A DNA stretch of 64,000 nt from Eledone cirrhosa (Eukaryota): the NCBI GenBank assembly GCA_964016885.1, contig OZ024741.1:193502001-193566000 (forward strand), read 5' to 3'. The notes beneath the pieces were generated by a model, which saw only the letters and a program-made list of their open reading frames with translations, made no database searches and was not told where the DNA came from. Position numbers and translations under genes: made by a program. Shown here one piece after another: positions 50,251 through 64,000 of this stretch (position 1 is the first letter of the stretch; each line of letters begins with the position of its first letter).

Positions 50251-53200
50251 CTCCGGACTGCCCGGCACTATAAAAGACAGATTCTATGAGACACTGATGC
50301 TCACTACCTCCCAAATATCTGACAGTGACTATATAATTATTGCAGGCGACCTAAATGGTCACGTTGGGCAACATTGTGACGGCTACGACGAAATCCATGG
50401 AGGCTATGGGTTTGGTACTAGAAATGAGGAAGGCTCCAGAATCCTGGAATTCTGTGATGCAAATAACCTAACTATCTGTAACACTAACTTCAAAAAACGT
50501 GACAATCACCTGATCACCTATAGATCCGGGGAACACACAAGCCAGGTAGATTATATCCTTACCAGAAGACGTGACAGAGTGTCTGTTGTAAACACTAAAT
50601 CCCTCCCCCATGAAGAATGCACCTCCCAACATAGACTGATAATTAGCGACCTCATAGTCAGGACGAGACGTACTCGACAGCAGAAGAGGACTATCCTCAG
50701 GAGAAAAATATGGAAGCTAAAGGACCCCACAGCCAAAAATAAATTTCAAAACATATTACTTGATGCTTTCGACAGTAAGGAAGAACATTTAGAGTCGGAC
50801 AATATAGAGGGACAGTGGGAATTTCTGAAAGCAAACCTGCTGTTGGCGACAGACGAAGTCTGTGGCTGGAGCAGGCCTGTAGGCAGGAGGAGAGTAACAT
50901 GGTGGTGGAACAGTAAGGTGGAGGGGTCAATTAAGGCCAAAAAGCAGGCTTGGAAAGTATGGCGGGATGGGGGAAGTAGAGTAGACTATCAAGTGGCCAG
51001 GAGGGAAGCTAGGAGAGAAGTGTACTTAGCAAGAAGGGAAGCTGAGGAAAGAAAGTTCAAGCATGTCCTACAACGCGATGACCAAAAACGTGAGGTGTTC
51101 AGGATTGCTAGGCAATGCGTCAAGGAAAACCGTGATATTGTCGGGGAGAAGTGTGTACTTAACGATGATGGCATACTTGCCATCACCGACACTGATAAGA
51201 AGGTAGCTTGGAAGTGTCACTATGAAAGGCTACTAAATGAGGAGAATAAATGGGAGAAAGACAGTCTCCCCCATGTCGACCCAATAGAGGGACCAGCAGT
51301 GTTAGTCGAGGGGAGTATAATAAGTAAGGCAATCAAGGATATGAAGACAGGTAAGGCGGCTGGGCCTTCGGAAATAGTTGCTGAGATGCTGAAGGCATCT
51401 GGCACGGTGGGACACACCATGGTCACCCGCATAGTTAACCAAGTCGTACAGAATGGGGTTGTTCCGAAGGACTGGCATAGCAGCATCATCGTTAACTGTT
51501 ATAAGGGTAAAGGAGACGCCCTAGATAGGAGTAACTATAGAGGCATTAAATTAATCGACCAGGTCATGAAGGTCACAGAAAAAGTAATAGCGCAACTAAT
51601 CAGAGAGAGAATTGACCTAGATGAAATGCAGTTCGGGTTTGTGTCAGGCAAAAGTACCACAGACGCTCTTTTCATAGTACGACAACTACAGGAGAAGTTC
51701 CTAGCTAAAGGTAAACCCCTCTACTTAGCTTTTGTCGACTTGGAGAAAGCCTTCGACAGAGTCCCCCGCTCCATTATCTGGTGGGCTCTTAGAAAACTAG
51801 GCGTTGACGAATGGCTTGTGAGGGCTATACAAGCCATGTATAAAGAAACAGTCAGCAAGGTTAGAATTAACAACGAATATAGTGAAGAGTTTAGCGTAAA
51901 AGTTGGCGTCCATCAGGGCTCTGTTCTCAGCCCCCTACTATTTATTATTGCCCTTCAGGCTATAACAGAGGAGTTCAAGACAGGCTGCCCATGGGAACTC
52001 CTATACGCAGACGACCTGACACTCATAGCGGAATCAATGGCCGAGCTAGAGAAGAAATTCCAAACATGGAAGCACGGCCTAGAGTCAAAAGGACTTAAAA
52101 TTAACCTGGCTAAGACCAAAGTTCTAGTTTGTAGGAAAGAAAACAAGGCGGCGGTCCCTTCTGGGAAATGGTCGTGCTCGGTGTGTAGGAAAGGCGTAGG
52201 TAGAAACTCCATTTTATGTCCTAAATGCAAAGTATGGGTGCATAAAAGATGTAGTGGGATCACAGGTAAGCTAACTAAGAACATAGATTTTACATGTGGC
52301 CGGTGTTCTGGTGCAATAAGTAGCAGCAAGTGCCCACAAAATACTAGCTCTTTCAATTGTGCAGAGGGTTCTATAGAAATAGTGGACAGCTTCCGTTACC
52401 TGGGCGATAAAATCAGCAGTGGGGGAGGGTGCTCTGAAAGTACTGTAGCTAGAGTCAGAACTGGTTGGAAAAAGTTCAGAGAGCTTATACCACTATTAGC
52501 TGCTAAAGGGTTCTCCCTAAAAATGAAAGGCAGGTTGTACGATGCCTGCATACGAACAGCAATGTTGCATGGCAGTGAGACCTGGGCATTGTGTGCAGAG
52601 GATATACGCAGACTAGAGAGGAACGAAGCTTGCATGCTCCGCTGGATGTGTAACAGTAATATACGTGAACGGCAAAGCATAAACGAACTAAGGAAAAAAT
52701 TAGAGATAAGAGGGATCAGATGTTGTTTACTCGAGAGAAGGCTACGTTGGTATGGACACGTGATGCGCATGAAAGTCGATAGCTGTATAACAAAGTGCAG
52801 GGCAATAAAGATAGACGGTAGCCACGGAATAGGCAGACCTAGAAAAACCTGGGACGAGCTGATAAACTCCGACCTCACACACTTACACCTCTCCAAGACA
52901 ATGTCACTGGACCGAGACCTTTGGCGGTACTCAGTAACAGAGAAGACCCGCCTTGCCAGTAGGCATCTCTAACAAAATACACCCCGTCCCGCCACCACCC
53001 CCACCCATCCACACCACCCCGTCCTATGTAAAGTTATATTGGTGCCGCGCCATCCAGGCCGAAACAAATGAGATCGTGTAGGTGCCACGTCAAAAAAACA
53101 CAGTTCACGCTGTAATGTGGCCGTGTAGGCAACACGGTAAAAACCTCCCAGACCCACACTGTAAATGTGGTTGGTGTTAGGAAGGGCATCCAACTGTAGA

Positions 53201-53325
53201 AAACCTGCCAGACAGTCCTATGCGAGCAAGACAATCACTCTTGCCTCAAGTGGGACTACCCCCGTCCAAACCCATGCAAGCGTGGAACACGGACGTTAAA
53301 CGTTGATGATGATGATGATGATGAT
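50251..53325 (+). mobile_element. Young 5'-truncated RTE with open 891-aa ORF (50297-52972), nested in an opposite-strand RTE
   Basis: Uninterrupted C-terminal part of EN, RT and PHD; 3' UTR, terminal hairpin, (TGA)n tail. Confidence 0.96.
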
Positions 53326-55050
53326 GACTGCTGCACCAGTCTTTGGGTATGATACCACCATATATAGCTTGATTGATGATGCGTGCAACCAGTTTAGTGC
53401 CTACGTTCCCTGATGCCTTCAGCATCTCAGCAACTATCCCCGATGGTCCAGCATCTTTACCATTTTTCTTTTCCTTAATCGTCTCTTGGACCCTATATTC
53501 GTCAATCTCAATAGCTGGTCCCTCTGTCGGATCTACTGAGGGTAATTTCTCTCTCTCCCATTCGTTCTCCACATTCATCAGTCTCTCATAATGACATTTC
53601 CAGGCCTCCTTTTTCTGATCATTCGTGACACTAAGTACACCAGCATCATTCCGGACACATTTATCTCCAACAACATCCTGATTTACATTGACACACTGCC
53701 TTGCAATGTGGAACACCGCATGCCTCTGATCTTCCTGTCGCAGAACATTGGCAAACCTCCTACTCTCAGCCTCCCTGTGTGCTAAGTACACCTGACGTCT
53801 AGCTTCTCTCTTAGCGGCTGTATATCCTTCCCTACTCCCACCCTTTTTCCAAGCCCTCCATGCTAGTCTTTTGTCTCTAATGGTCTTATCTACTGTGCTA
53901 TTCCACCACCAGGTCACTCTCTGTCTGGTTGTAGCTCTGCTCCAGCCACAAGTTTCATCAGTAGCCTGCAGTAAGTTGTCACGTAAGAAATTCCAGTTAT
54001 TATCTATGTCATACGTCTCTAAATCGTCTTCTTTTTCGTCATACACATCTTGAAGGGCTTTCCTAAATTTGCATTTTAGTGAAAGGTCTATTAGCTTCCA
54101 GACCTTTCTTCTCCACACCTTCCTGTATGTCTCATTCCATCTCTTGCTTACTGAGATATCACTAACGACTAACCTATGCTGTGGGGTACATTCTTCCCCA
54201 GGGTATGCCTTGGTATTAGATACTATCTGCCTGTGCCGCTGCCTAACTAGTAAGAAGTCAATCTGGCTTATGTGCTCGCCAGATTTGTAGATTATTAGGT
54301 GGTTGGCAGGTTTCTGGAAGTTAGTGTTGCAAATAGTCGGTGTACTTGCATCATAAAATTCAAGAAGTCTCACTCCTTCTTCATTTCTTGAGCTGTAACC
54401 GTGCCCACCATGTACCCCAGTGTAACCATCCTGGAGCTGTCCAACATGACCATTGAAGTCTCCTGCTAGCATAACGATGTCTCCATCCTTTGTCATTGCG
54501 GTTGTTTGTAAAAGTTGCTCGTAAAAGCAGTCTTTCTCTTCTTTGCCTAGGCCTGCTTGGAGAGCATAGGCAGAGATGATTGTCAGTAGTCTCCTGCCTA
54601 CAACTTATCTAAGCTTAATTATTCGATTACTAACTCAAACTACCTCTATTGTCTTATTGATCCATCTCTCAGCCATGAAAATTCCTACTCCCCCTAACCC
54701 ATCATCCTTACCTACCCAGAAAAGCTTATAGCTAAGATGTTTGCCTACGACTAGTCTCGCAGAGACACCTCTCCATCTCACCTCTTTCCCGTAGCACACA
54801 TCCACATGCCTTCTCTCCAGCATCTCTGCTATTTCAGCAGATCTACCTATGTGAGTGCCAACATTAAGTGTTGCAACTCTGAGATGCGACGTCTTCATAT
54901 TTTGTTGTTCCTATCTACTTGTTGCTGTGCTGATAATCGTTTTGGCATTGATACACTGGTTGGATGCCCTTCCTAACACCAGCACCACTTTACAGCATGG
55001 ACTGGGTGCTTTTATTTGTGCCACCAGCACTAGAGAGGATGTCTTACTAG
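53326..55050 (-). mobile_element. RTE 5' half (continuation of 48872-50250)
   Basis: MKTSHLRVATLNVGT... to ...IPKDWCSS; the reading resumes beyond the nested insertion. Confidence 0.9.
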
Positions 55051-55247
55051 ACTCAAGGGCCCTCTCTACCCCTCCATTTTACAGCATGGTCATATAAATA
55101 AAAAAAACGACTTATTGACACTCACGGCACACACACACACACACACTCATTCACACACCAACACTCATGCATACAAACTACAAACACACATGCCACTCAC
55201 ACACCAACACTCATGCATACAAACACACACATCACTCACACACACAA

Positions 55248-55278
<31 letters not shown>

Positions 55279-55514
55279 ACCATCAGTACTGATACAAAAT
55301 CAAAATCATGTCAACTGTTGACTTTTCCAGTCCAGTTCAGTTTTTATATAATAATAATAATTGTTTGCTTTACAGCAAAGAGCAACGGCTCTCCACTCTC
55401 CGGGCCCCCAAATCAACAAGGCACCAGCAATGCGCTGGGACAATCGCTGCCCTGTGCCAAGAACAGAATAGTTATTTAGTATTATTATTATAGTTGTTTT
55501 TAAGACCTGATCGC

Positions 55515-56670
55515 TGATGATGGTGGTGGTGGTGGATGATGCCAGTGATGGTGGTGGTGGTGGTGGTGGTGAAGGTGGTGGATGGTGTCAGTATGGTGAT
55601 GGTGGTGGTGGTGGATGGTGACAGTGCTGGTGGTGGATGGTGCCAGTTATGGTGGTGGTGGTAGTAGTGGTGGTGGTGAAGGTGGTGGAAGGTGTCAGTG
55701 ATGGTGGTGGTGGTGGATGGTGCCAGTGATGGTGGTGGTGGTTGTGGTGGTTGGTGTCAGTGATGGTGATGGTGGTGGTGGTGGATGGTGTCAGTGATGG
55801 TGGTGGTGGTGGTGGTGATGGTGGTGATGGTGGTGGTGGTGGTTGTGGTTGTGGTGGTGGTGGTGGTGGTGGTGGTGGTGGTGGTGGTGGTGGTGGTGGT
55901 GGTGAAGGTGGTGGATGGTGTCAGTATGGTGATGGTGGTGGTGGTGGATGGTGACAGTGCTGGTGGTGGATGGTGCCAGTTATGGTGGTGGTGGTAGTAG
56001 TGGTGGTGGTGAAGGTGGTGGAAGGTGTCAGTGATGGTGGTGGTGGTGGATGGTGCCAGTGATGGTGGTGGTGGTTGTGGTGGATGGTGTCAGTGATGGT
56101 GATGGTGGTGGTGGTGGATGGTGTCAGTGATGGTGGTGGTGGTGGTGGTGATGGTGGTGATGGTGGTGATGGTGGTGGTGGTGGTTGTGGTTGTGGTGGT
56201 GGTGGTGGTGGTGGTGGTGGTGGTGGTGGTGGTGGTGGTGAAGGTGGTGGATGGTGTCAGTATGGTGATGGTGGTGGTGGTGGATGGTGACAGTGCTGGT
56301 GGTGGATGGTGCCAGTTATGGTGGTGGTGGTAGTAGTGGTAGTGGTGAAGGTGGTGGTGGTAGTAGTGGTGGTGGTGAAGGTGGTGGATGGTGTCAGTGA
56401 TGGTGGTGGTGGTGGATGGTACCAGTGATGGTGGTGGTGGTTGTGGTGGTGGTGAAGGTGGTGGATGGTGTCAGTGATGGTGATGGTGGTGGTGGTGGAT
56501 GGTGTCAGTGATGGTGGTGATGGTGGTGGTGATGGTGGTGGTGGTGGTGGTGGATGATGCCAGTGATGGTGGTGGTGGTGGTTGTGGTGGTGGTGGTGGT
56601 GGTGGTGAAGGTGGTGGATGGTGTCAGTATGGTGATGGTGGTGGATGGTGTCAGTGATGGTGGTGTCAGT
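55515..56670. repeat. (GGT/GAT)n compound microsatellite with a roughly 330-bp higher-order duplication
   Basis: Duplicated blocks produce near-identical spurious ORFs at 55742 and 56075. Confidence 0.97.
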
Positions 56671-56787
56671 TGTTGTCATTGTGATATATATATATATGAT
56701 ATATATATATTTATTAAAATAACAGATTAAAGTTTAAGCAAAGAATCGCTGCTTTCACCCTTATTGTCACCTTTATTATTATTACTA

Positions 56788-56848
<61 letters not shown>

Positions 56849-56857
56849 TCATATATA

Positions 56858-57050
56858 CCGTGTAAGAAACATGGTAAAAAGGCTCCCAGTCCACACTGTA
56901 AATGTGGTTGGTGTTTGAAAGGGCATCCAACCATAGAAAATCTTCCAGGGACAGTTCTGTACGAACGAGACACGATCTCCTGAAGTGGACCAAAACCGTC
57001 CAAGCCATGCTAGCGTGGAAGATGGATGTTCAACAATGATGATGATGATG
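56858..57050 (+). mobile_element. RTE 3'-UTR fragment
   Basis: cacactgtaaatgtggttggtgtt.gaa.gggcatcc ... ccatgctagcgtggaa ... (TGA)n. Confidence 0.85.
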
Positions 57051-57059
57051 ATATATATA

Positions 57060-57720
<661 letters not shown>

Positions 57721-57949
57721 GTATATATATATGAGTCAAATTTGCTTTAGTTGTATACTCAAAATGGGGTCTAGCAGTCGAAAGTCTGTAATGTAGAAAT
57801 CTTTAAATATTTTTCCTGTCTGTATCCATTTAGAATTAAGCATTCCATTAGAAAGAAGCTAGAATTAAGAACTTTGTTAAAAAAGGTGGTTGTTTGTTTG
57901 TTTTTCCAGTATCTACCAGGCTGGCTAAATACGTATGTCTTCCTGAAGT

Positions 57950-60297
57950 CACCTTTTCCCTCCCACCCACCACCATAGTTATTGGGCCAATCAAAACTCA
58001 GTGGTTTTATAGTAAGGCTTCTAATGCTAATCACTCACTAGGCTGATACTTCTTAAGCTTAGACCTAGGTGTTCGCTACGATAAATGGATTACGGAGTTG
58101 GGGAATATGACCACTCACAACGACAAAGATGAATTCACCTCCTGTTTCAGGACGAGCATGCAAACGCTCCTCTTCATATCAGACATAGAAGCCCAAGACC
58201 AGCATAATTCCGTCTCCCACACCCCTCCCTGAGAGACTACTGAATGTGGAAAATGAATGGGATAAAGATAGTCTGCCCACATCGATCCAACAGAAGGACC
58301 AGCTGTGCAAGTTAATGGTAGTGTAGTAAGTAAGGCAATCAAAAATATGAAGACAGGCAAAGCAGCTGGGCCTTCAGGGATATTTGCTGAAATGTTGAAG
58401 GTATCTGGAATGGTGGGACATACTATGGTCACCCGGATATAAAAACCAAGTAATACAGAATGGGGTCATACTAAATGACTGGCGTAGCAGCAGCATCATC
58501 AACTGTTACAAGGGTAAAGGAGACGCCCTGGATAGAGAAAACTATAGGGACATCAAGTTAGTTGATCAGGTCATGAAAGTCACAGAAAGAGTTATTACAC
58601 AACTGATTAGAGACTGAATTGATCTAGATGAAATGCAGTTTGGGTTTGTGCCAGGTAAAAGTACCACAGATGCTCTTTTCCTTGTACGGCAATTACAGGA
58701 GAAATACCTAGCTAACAGTAAACCCCTCTACTTAGCTTTATTGACCTGGAGAAGGCCTTTGACAGAGTCCCACGCATCTTAATCTGGTGGGCTCTTAGAA
58801 AACTAGGAGTGGAAGAATGGCTTCTGAGAGCTAAACAAGCCATGTATAGAGGAATAGTCAGCAAGGTTAGAATTAACAATGAATGTAGTGATGAATTTAG
58901 TGTAATAGTAGGGGTTCACTAACGCTCCATCCTTAGCCCTCTCCTGTTTATTATTGTCCTACAGGCAATAACAGCAGGGTTTAAGACTGGCTGCCCAAGG
59001 GAACTTCTATATGCAGAGGATCTAACTCTCATTGCTGAATCCATGGCTGAACTAGAGAGGTAGTTCCAAACATGGAAGCATGGCCTAGAATCAAAAGGCC
59101 TTAGAGTAAACTTGTTTAAGACTAAGGTTCTAGTATGTAGAAAGGAGAATAGGGCACATGTACCCTCTGGGAAATGGCGATGCTCAGTGTGTAAGAAAGG
59201 AGTAGGTAGAACTCCATTTTATGTCCCAAATGCAAACTATGGGTATATAAAAGATGTAGTGGGATGACAGGTAAGCTATCTAAGAATGTAGATTTTATAT
59301 GTGGCCGATGCTCAGGTGCAGTAAGTAGCAAGTTCCCACTGGATGCTATCTCCTTCAACTGCTCAGATGGTTCTATAGAAATAGTAGACAGCTTTCCATT
59401 ACCTGGGTGACAAATCAGCAGTGAAGGAGGTTGCTCTGAAAGTACAGTAGCCAGAGTTAAAATGGGATGGAAAAAGTTCAGAGAGCTAATACCGCTGTTG
59501 GCCACAAGGGGTTTTTCTCTAAAAATGAAAGACAGATTGTACGATGCTTGTATATGAATGGCGATATTACATTGTAGTGAGACCTGGGCATTGTGTGCTG
59601 AAGACTTGCATAGATTAGAAAGAAATGAAGCTTGCATGCTCCGATGGATGTGTAATAGTAATGTAACTGAAAGGCGAAGCATAAACGAATTGAGAGAGAG
59701 ACTAAGTATAAGAGGTATCAAATGTTGTGTTCTGGAGAGGAGATTGGGTTGATAAGGACATGTGATGTGTATGAAGGATGACAGGTGTATAAAAAAGTGC
59801 AGGGCAATGAAAATTGATGGAAGCTACGGAGTGGGTAGACCAAGAAAAACCTGGGACGAGATGTTTAAAACTGACCATGCTTACTTACACCTCTCTAAGA
59901 CAATGACACTGGATCGAAACCTTTGGCACCATGCAGTAATACAGAAGACCCAATTGCCATTGCATACAAACCTACAGTCAGTAGGTACCTCTTAACCCAA
60001 TGTACACACCACCCCCACACCCTACCCCATCCTCCCTTTCCCATTCCGTCCCCTGTGTCGATGACACAACAGTTCACACTGTAAGGTGGCCGTGTAGGAG
60101 ACATGGTAAAAAGGCTTCCAGTCCACACTGTAAATGTGGTTGGTGTTAGGAAAGACATCCAGCAGTAAAAAAAAACCCTGCCAGAGACACTTCCGTATGA
60201 GCGAGACACGGTCACCCGACCATTCCCACATCAAATGGAACAAAACCATCTAACCCATGCTAGCGTGGAAGATGGACGTTAAATGATGATGATGATG

Positions 60298-60299
<2 letters not shown>
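57950..60299 (+). mobile_element. Decayed RTE with most of the endonuclease deleted
   Basis: 5' region resembles 61140-61330, then jumps to ERLLNVENEW; RT has stops; 3' UTR and (TGA)n tail present. Confidence 0.9.
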
Positions 60300-60344
<45 letters not shown>

Positions 60345-60479
60345 TGTGGAATGTCCAAAAGGGCAGAGTACTCAGTCAGTGGGACAACAAATTGAAAAGT
60401 TGACATTATCTAATATGCTAACAAAATGTACATTATGTAAAAGTTGTACTAATTTAATTTAAATTTTATTTATATATAT

Positions 60480-60693
60480 ATGTGGCCGTGTAGGCAACAC
60501 GGTAAAAACCGCCCAGACCCACACTGTAAATGTGGTTGGTGTTAGGAAGGGCATCCAACTGTAGAAAACCTGCCAGACAGTCCTATGCGAGCAAGACAAT
60601 CACTCTTGCCTCAAGTGGAACTACCCCCGTCCAAACCCATGCAAGCGTGGAACACGGACGTTAAACGTTGATGATGATGATGATGATGATGAT
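60480..60693 (+). mobile_element. RTE 3'-UTR-only insertion
   Basis: Near identical to 53117-53325. Confidence 0.9.
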
Positions 60694-61139
60694 AATTCTA
60701 AGATTTTATAAAATAATCTTCCTGCTCCCTCCTATTCTTCACTCCCGCCCCCTATATATCGTATACGCGCCTGCTGGTTCTCTCTCAATCCCTTCCTCTC
60801 TCTTCAAATATAAAATAAACCTGTTGCGAGGTACGAAACTCAGATTTGTCAATCCCTTATTCTTGGCTAGACCGCTCGCTCGCTCTTCTGTGAAATGTAA
60901 TGTACAAATGCTATTTTTTTCTCTTCTCTCCATCTTCCCCGGTCCATTCATCTATCTGTATCATATCGTCCAGAATCCAATCTTTGCTTTTTCAATGCTA
61001 TTCTATAATTCTGTCTGATTGTTCAAAATAATCTTCTTGTATTTTAAAATCCCATAATTCTTCTCTTATTACTGTTATATGCTTGTTCAATTATGCCCAA
61101 AATTCGAGGATTTTATTTAAACCTTTTTGCTAACTCCCC

Positions 61140-64000
61140 CATATCCCTCCCACCCGCCCCCACTTGCCACCATTATTACTTGGACCAATCATAAGTTAGC
61201 AGCCTATGCTATCACTTCTTAAGTTGCCTTTTGATATGATGGATGGACTACGGAATGCTGGAGAGTCTGAAAAATCTGGACACTCAGTGACAATGCCAAA
61301 GATAAAGACAAATTCACCTCGGCCACGGATGGCTAACATAACCCCATCTCCCTCACCCCTCCCTGCGCCCCACCGTTCCCACCCACCAAACGCAATCCAA
61401 AACTTCAGAGTTGGTACCATGAATGTAGGCACCTTAAAAGGTCGCTCTAACGAGGTTGTAGAAATGCTTGAACGTAAGGAGGTTGATGTTTGCTGTATTC
61501 AAGAGACCAGGTGGAGGGGTGGGTCTGCTAGATTCATTGTGGGTAAAAAACGATGCTATAAGCTTTTCTGGGTGAGAAATAACAATGGGCTGAGTGGAGT
61601 AGGAATCATGCTAGCAGAAAAATGGGCAGATAAGATAATAGCCGTAAATAGAGTGAACGACAGAATAATTAAAATAAGACTTGTCCTAAATAGAACTACT
61701 GTGACAATAATATCAGCGTATGCACCCCAATCCGGACTGCCTAGTATTATAAAAGACAGATTCTATGAGTCGTTAATGCTCCCAAATAACCGACAGTGAC
61801 TATATAAGTATTGCTGGTGACCTAAATGGTCACGTTGGACAATATTGTGACGGCTATGACGGAATCCATGGAGGCTATGGGTTTGGTACTAGAAATGAGG
61901 AAGACTCCAGAATCCTGGAATTCTGTGACGCAAATAACCTAACTATCTGAAACACTAACTTCAAAAAACGAGACAATGACTTGATCACCTATAGATCAGG
62001 GGAATACGCCAGTCAGATAGATTATATCCTTACCAGAAGACGTGACAGAGTGTCTGTTGTAAACACTAAATCCCTCCCCCATGAAGAATGCACCTCCCAA
62101 CATAGATTTATAGTCAGCGACCTCATAGTCAGGACGAGATGTACTCGACAACGGAGGAGTACTATCCTCAGGAGAAAAATATGGAAGTTAAAGGACCCCA
62201 CAGCCTGTAATAAATTTAAAAGCATATTACTTGATGCTTTTGACAGTAAGGAAGAGCAATTACAGTCGTAGAATATAGAGTCTTTCTAGGCCTGCCCACT
62301 CCATTGTTACCATCAACTTTGAGCACTCTTCACCTATTTATACAGCTGTCATACTTCACATGCATCACATGTCCATACCAATGCAATCTCCTCTCCTGCA
62401 CACAGCATCTGATCCCTCTTATGCCTAATTTCTCACGTAGTTCATTTATGCTTTGCCATTCGAATATGCTGTTATTGCACATCCATCAAAGCATGAAGGC
62501 TTCATTTCTTTCCAATCTTCGCAGTTTTTCTGCACACAGAGCCCTGGTCTCGCTGCTGTGCAACTTAGTTGTTCTTATACATGCATCATACAGTCTGCCT
62601 TTCATTTTGAAGGAAAAACCTTTTGCAGTATATATATATATGTACCACAGACGCTCTTTTCATTGTACGACAACTACAGGAGAAGTACCTAGCTAAAAGT
62701 AAACCCCTATACTTAGCCTTTGTCGACTTGGAGAAAGCCTTCGACAGAGTCCCCCGTTCCATTATCTGGTGGGCTCTTAGAAAACTAGGTGTTGACGAAT
62801 GGCTTGTGAGAGCTATACAAGCCATGTATAAAGAAACAGTGAGCAAGGTTAGAATTAACAACGAATATAGTGAAGAGTTTAGCGTAAAAGTTGGTGTTCA
62901 TCAGGGCTCTGATCTTAGCCCCCTACTATTCATTATTGCTCTTCAGGCTATAACAGAGGAGTTCAAAACCGGCTGCCCATGGGAACTCCTATACGCAGAT
63001 GATCTAACGCTCATAGCTGAATCAATGGCCGAGCTAGAGAAGAAATTCCAAACATGGAAGCACGGCCTAGAATCAAAAGGCCTTAAAATTAACATGGCTA
63101 AGACTAAAGTTCTAGTTTGTAGGAAAGAAAATAAGGCGCCGGTCCCTTCCGGGAAGTGGCCATGCGCAGAGTGTAGGAAAGGCGTAGGTAGAAATTCCAT
63201 TTTGTGTCCCAAATGCAAAGTTTGGGTGCATAAAAGATGTAGTGGGATCACAGGTAAGCTAACTAAGTACATAGATTTTACATGTGGCCGGTGCTCTGGT
63301 GCAATAAGTAGCAGCAAGTGCCCACAAAATACTAGCTCTTTCAACTGCGCAGAGGATTCTATAGAAATAGTGGACAGCTTCCGTTACCTGGGGGACAAAA
63401 TCAGTAGTGGGGGAGGGTGCTCCGAAAGTACAGTAGCTAGAGTCAGAACTGGATGGAAAAAGTTCAGAGAGCTTATACCACTATTAGCCGCTAAAGGGTT
63501 CTCCCTAAAAATGAAAGGCAGGCTGTACGATGCCTGCATACGAACAGCAATGTTGCATGGCAGTGAGACCTGGGCATTGTGTGCAGAGGATATACGCAGA
63601 CTAGAGAGAAACGAAGCTTGCATGCTCCGCTGGATGTGTAATAGTAATATACGTGAACGACAAAGCATAAACGAACTAAGGAAAAAATTAGAAATAAGAG
63701 GGATCAGATGTTGTTTACTAGAGAGAAGGCTACGTTGGTATGGTCACGTGATGCGCATGAAGGACGATAGCAGTATAACAAAGTGCAGGGCAATAAAGAT
63801 AGACGGTAGCCACGGAATAGGCAGACCCAGAAAAACCTGGGACGAGCTGATAAACTCCGACCTCACACACTTACACCTCACCAAGACAATGTCACTGGAC
63901 CGAGACCTTTGGCGGTACTCAGTAATAGAGAAGACCCGCCTTACCTAAATACAAAGTAAAACCTACTACAGTCAGTAGGCATCTCTAACAAAATACACCC
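61140..64000 (+). mobile_element. RTE copy with 5' region and EN start, interrupted by an inverted RTE fragment (62281-62626) and a deletion; runs off the window end
   Basis: FRVGTMNVGTL...CIQETRW; frameshift near 61780; RT-PHD ORF 62641-63948 nearly identical to 51654-52960. Confidence 0.93.

Noticed and set aside
55742-56679. Gly-, Val- and His-rich ORFs
   Set aside because: Artefacts of the (GGT)n array.
57771-58034. Minus-strand 87-aa ORF as a candidate upstream DRC7 exon
   Set aside because: No recognisable DRC7 similarity; overlaps the 5' region of an RTE.

Overview
This is eukaryotic, AT-rich, repeat-saturated animal DNA. The repeat landscape (tRNA-SINEs, RTE LINEs with (TGA)n tails, Penelope remnants, TA/GT microsatellites) suggests an octopus or other cephalopod genome; that assignment is an inference. 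One host gene is visible: the last five coding exons of DRC7/CCDC135 (dynein regulatory complex subunit 7) on the minus strand, 42051 to 19892. All four introns are GT-AG and in consistent phase, and upstream exons were not found in the window. The rest is nested retroelements (RTE copies with a PHD-type zinc finger inside the RT, two with long open ORFs; RTE-X; an L1/Tx1-like element; CRE-like, R4-like and Penelope fragments), a mariner remnant, SINEs, a degenerate TTAGGG array and microsatellites. The most notable signal is a small non-coding, partially tandem repeat family carrying minimal type-I hammerhead ribozyme motifs. Two identical motifs sit 468 nt apart, in sense orientation in a DRC7 intron (31788-31832 and 32256-32300). 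Diverged relatives with compensatory stem changes lie near 57.4 kb and 3.8 kb. This is a candidate retrozyme-like self-cleaving/circular RNA system. All calls are by eye, no searches or folding programs were run, and repeat boundaries are approximate.
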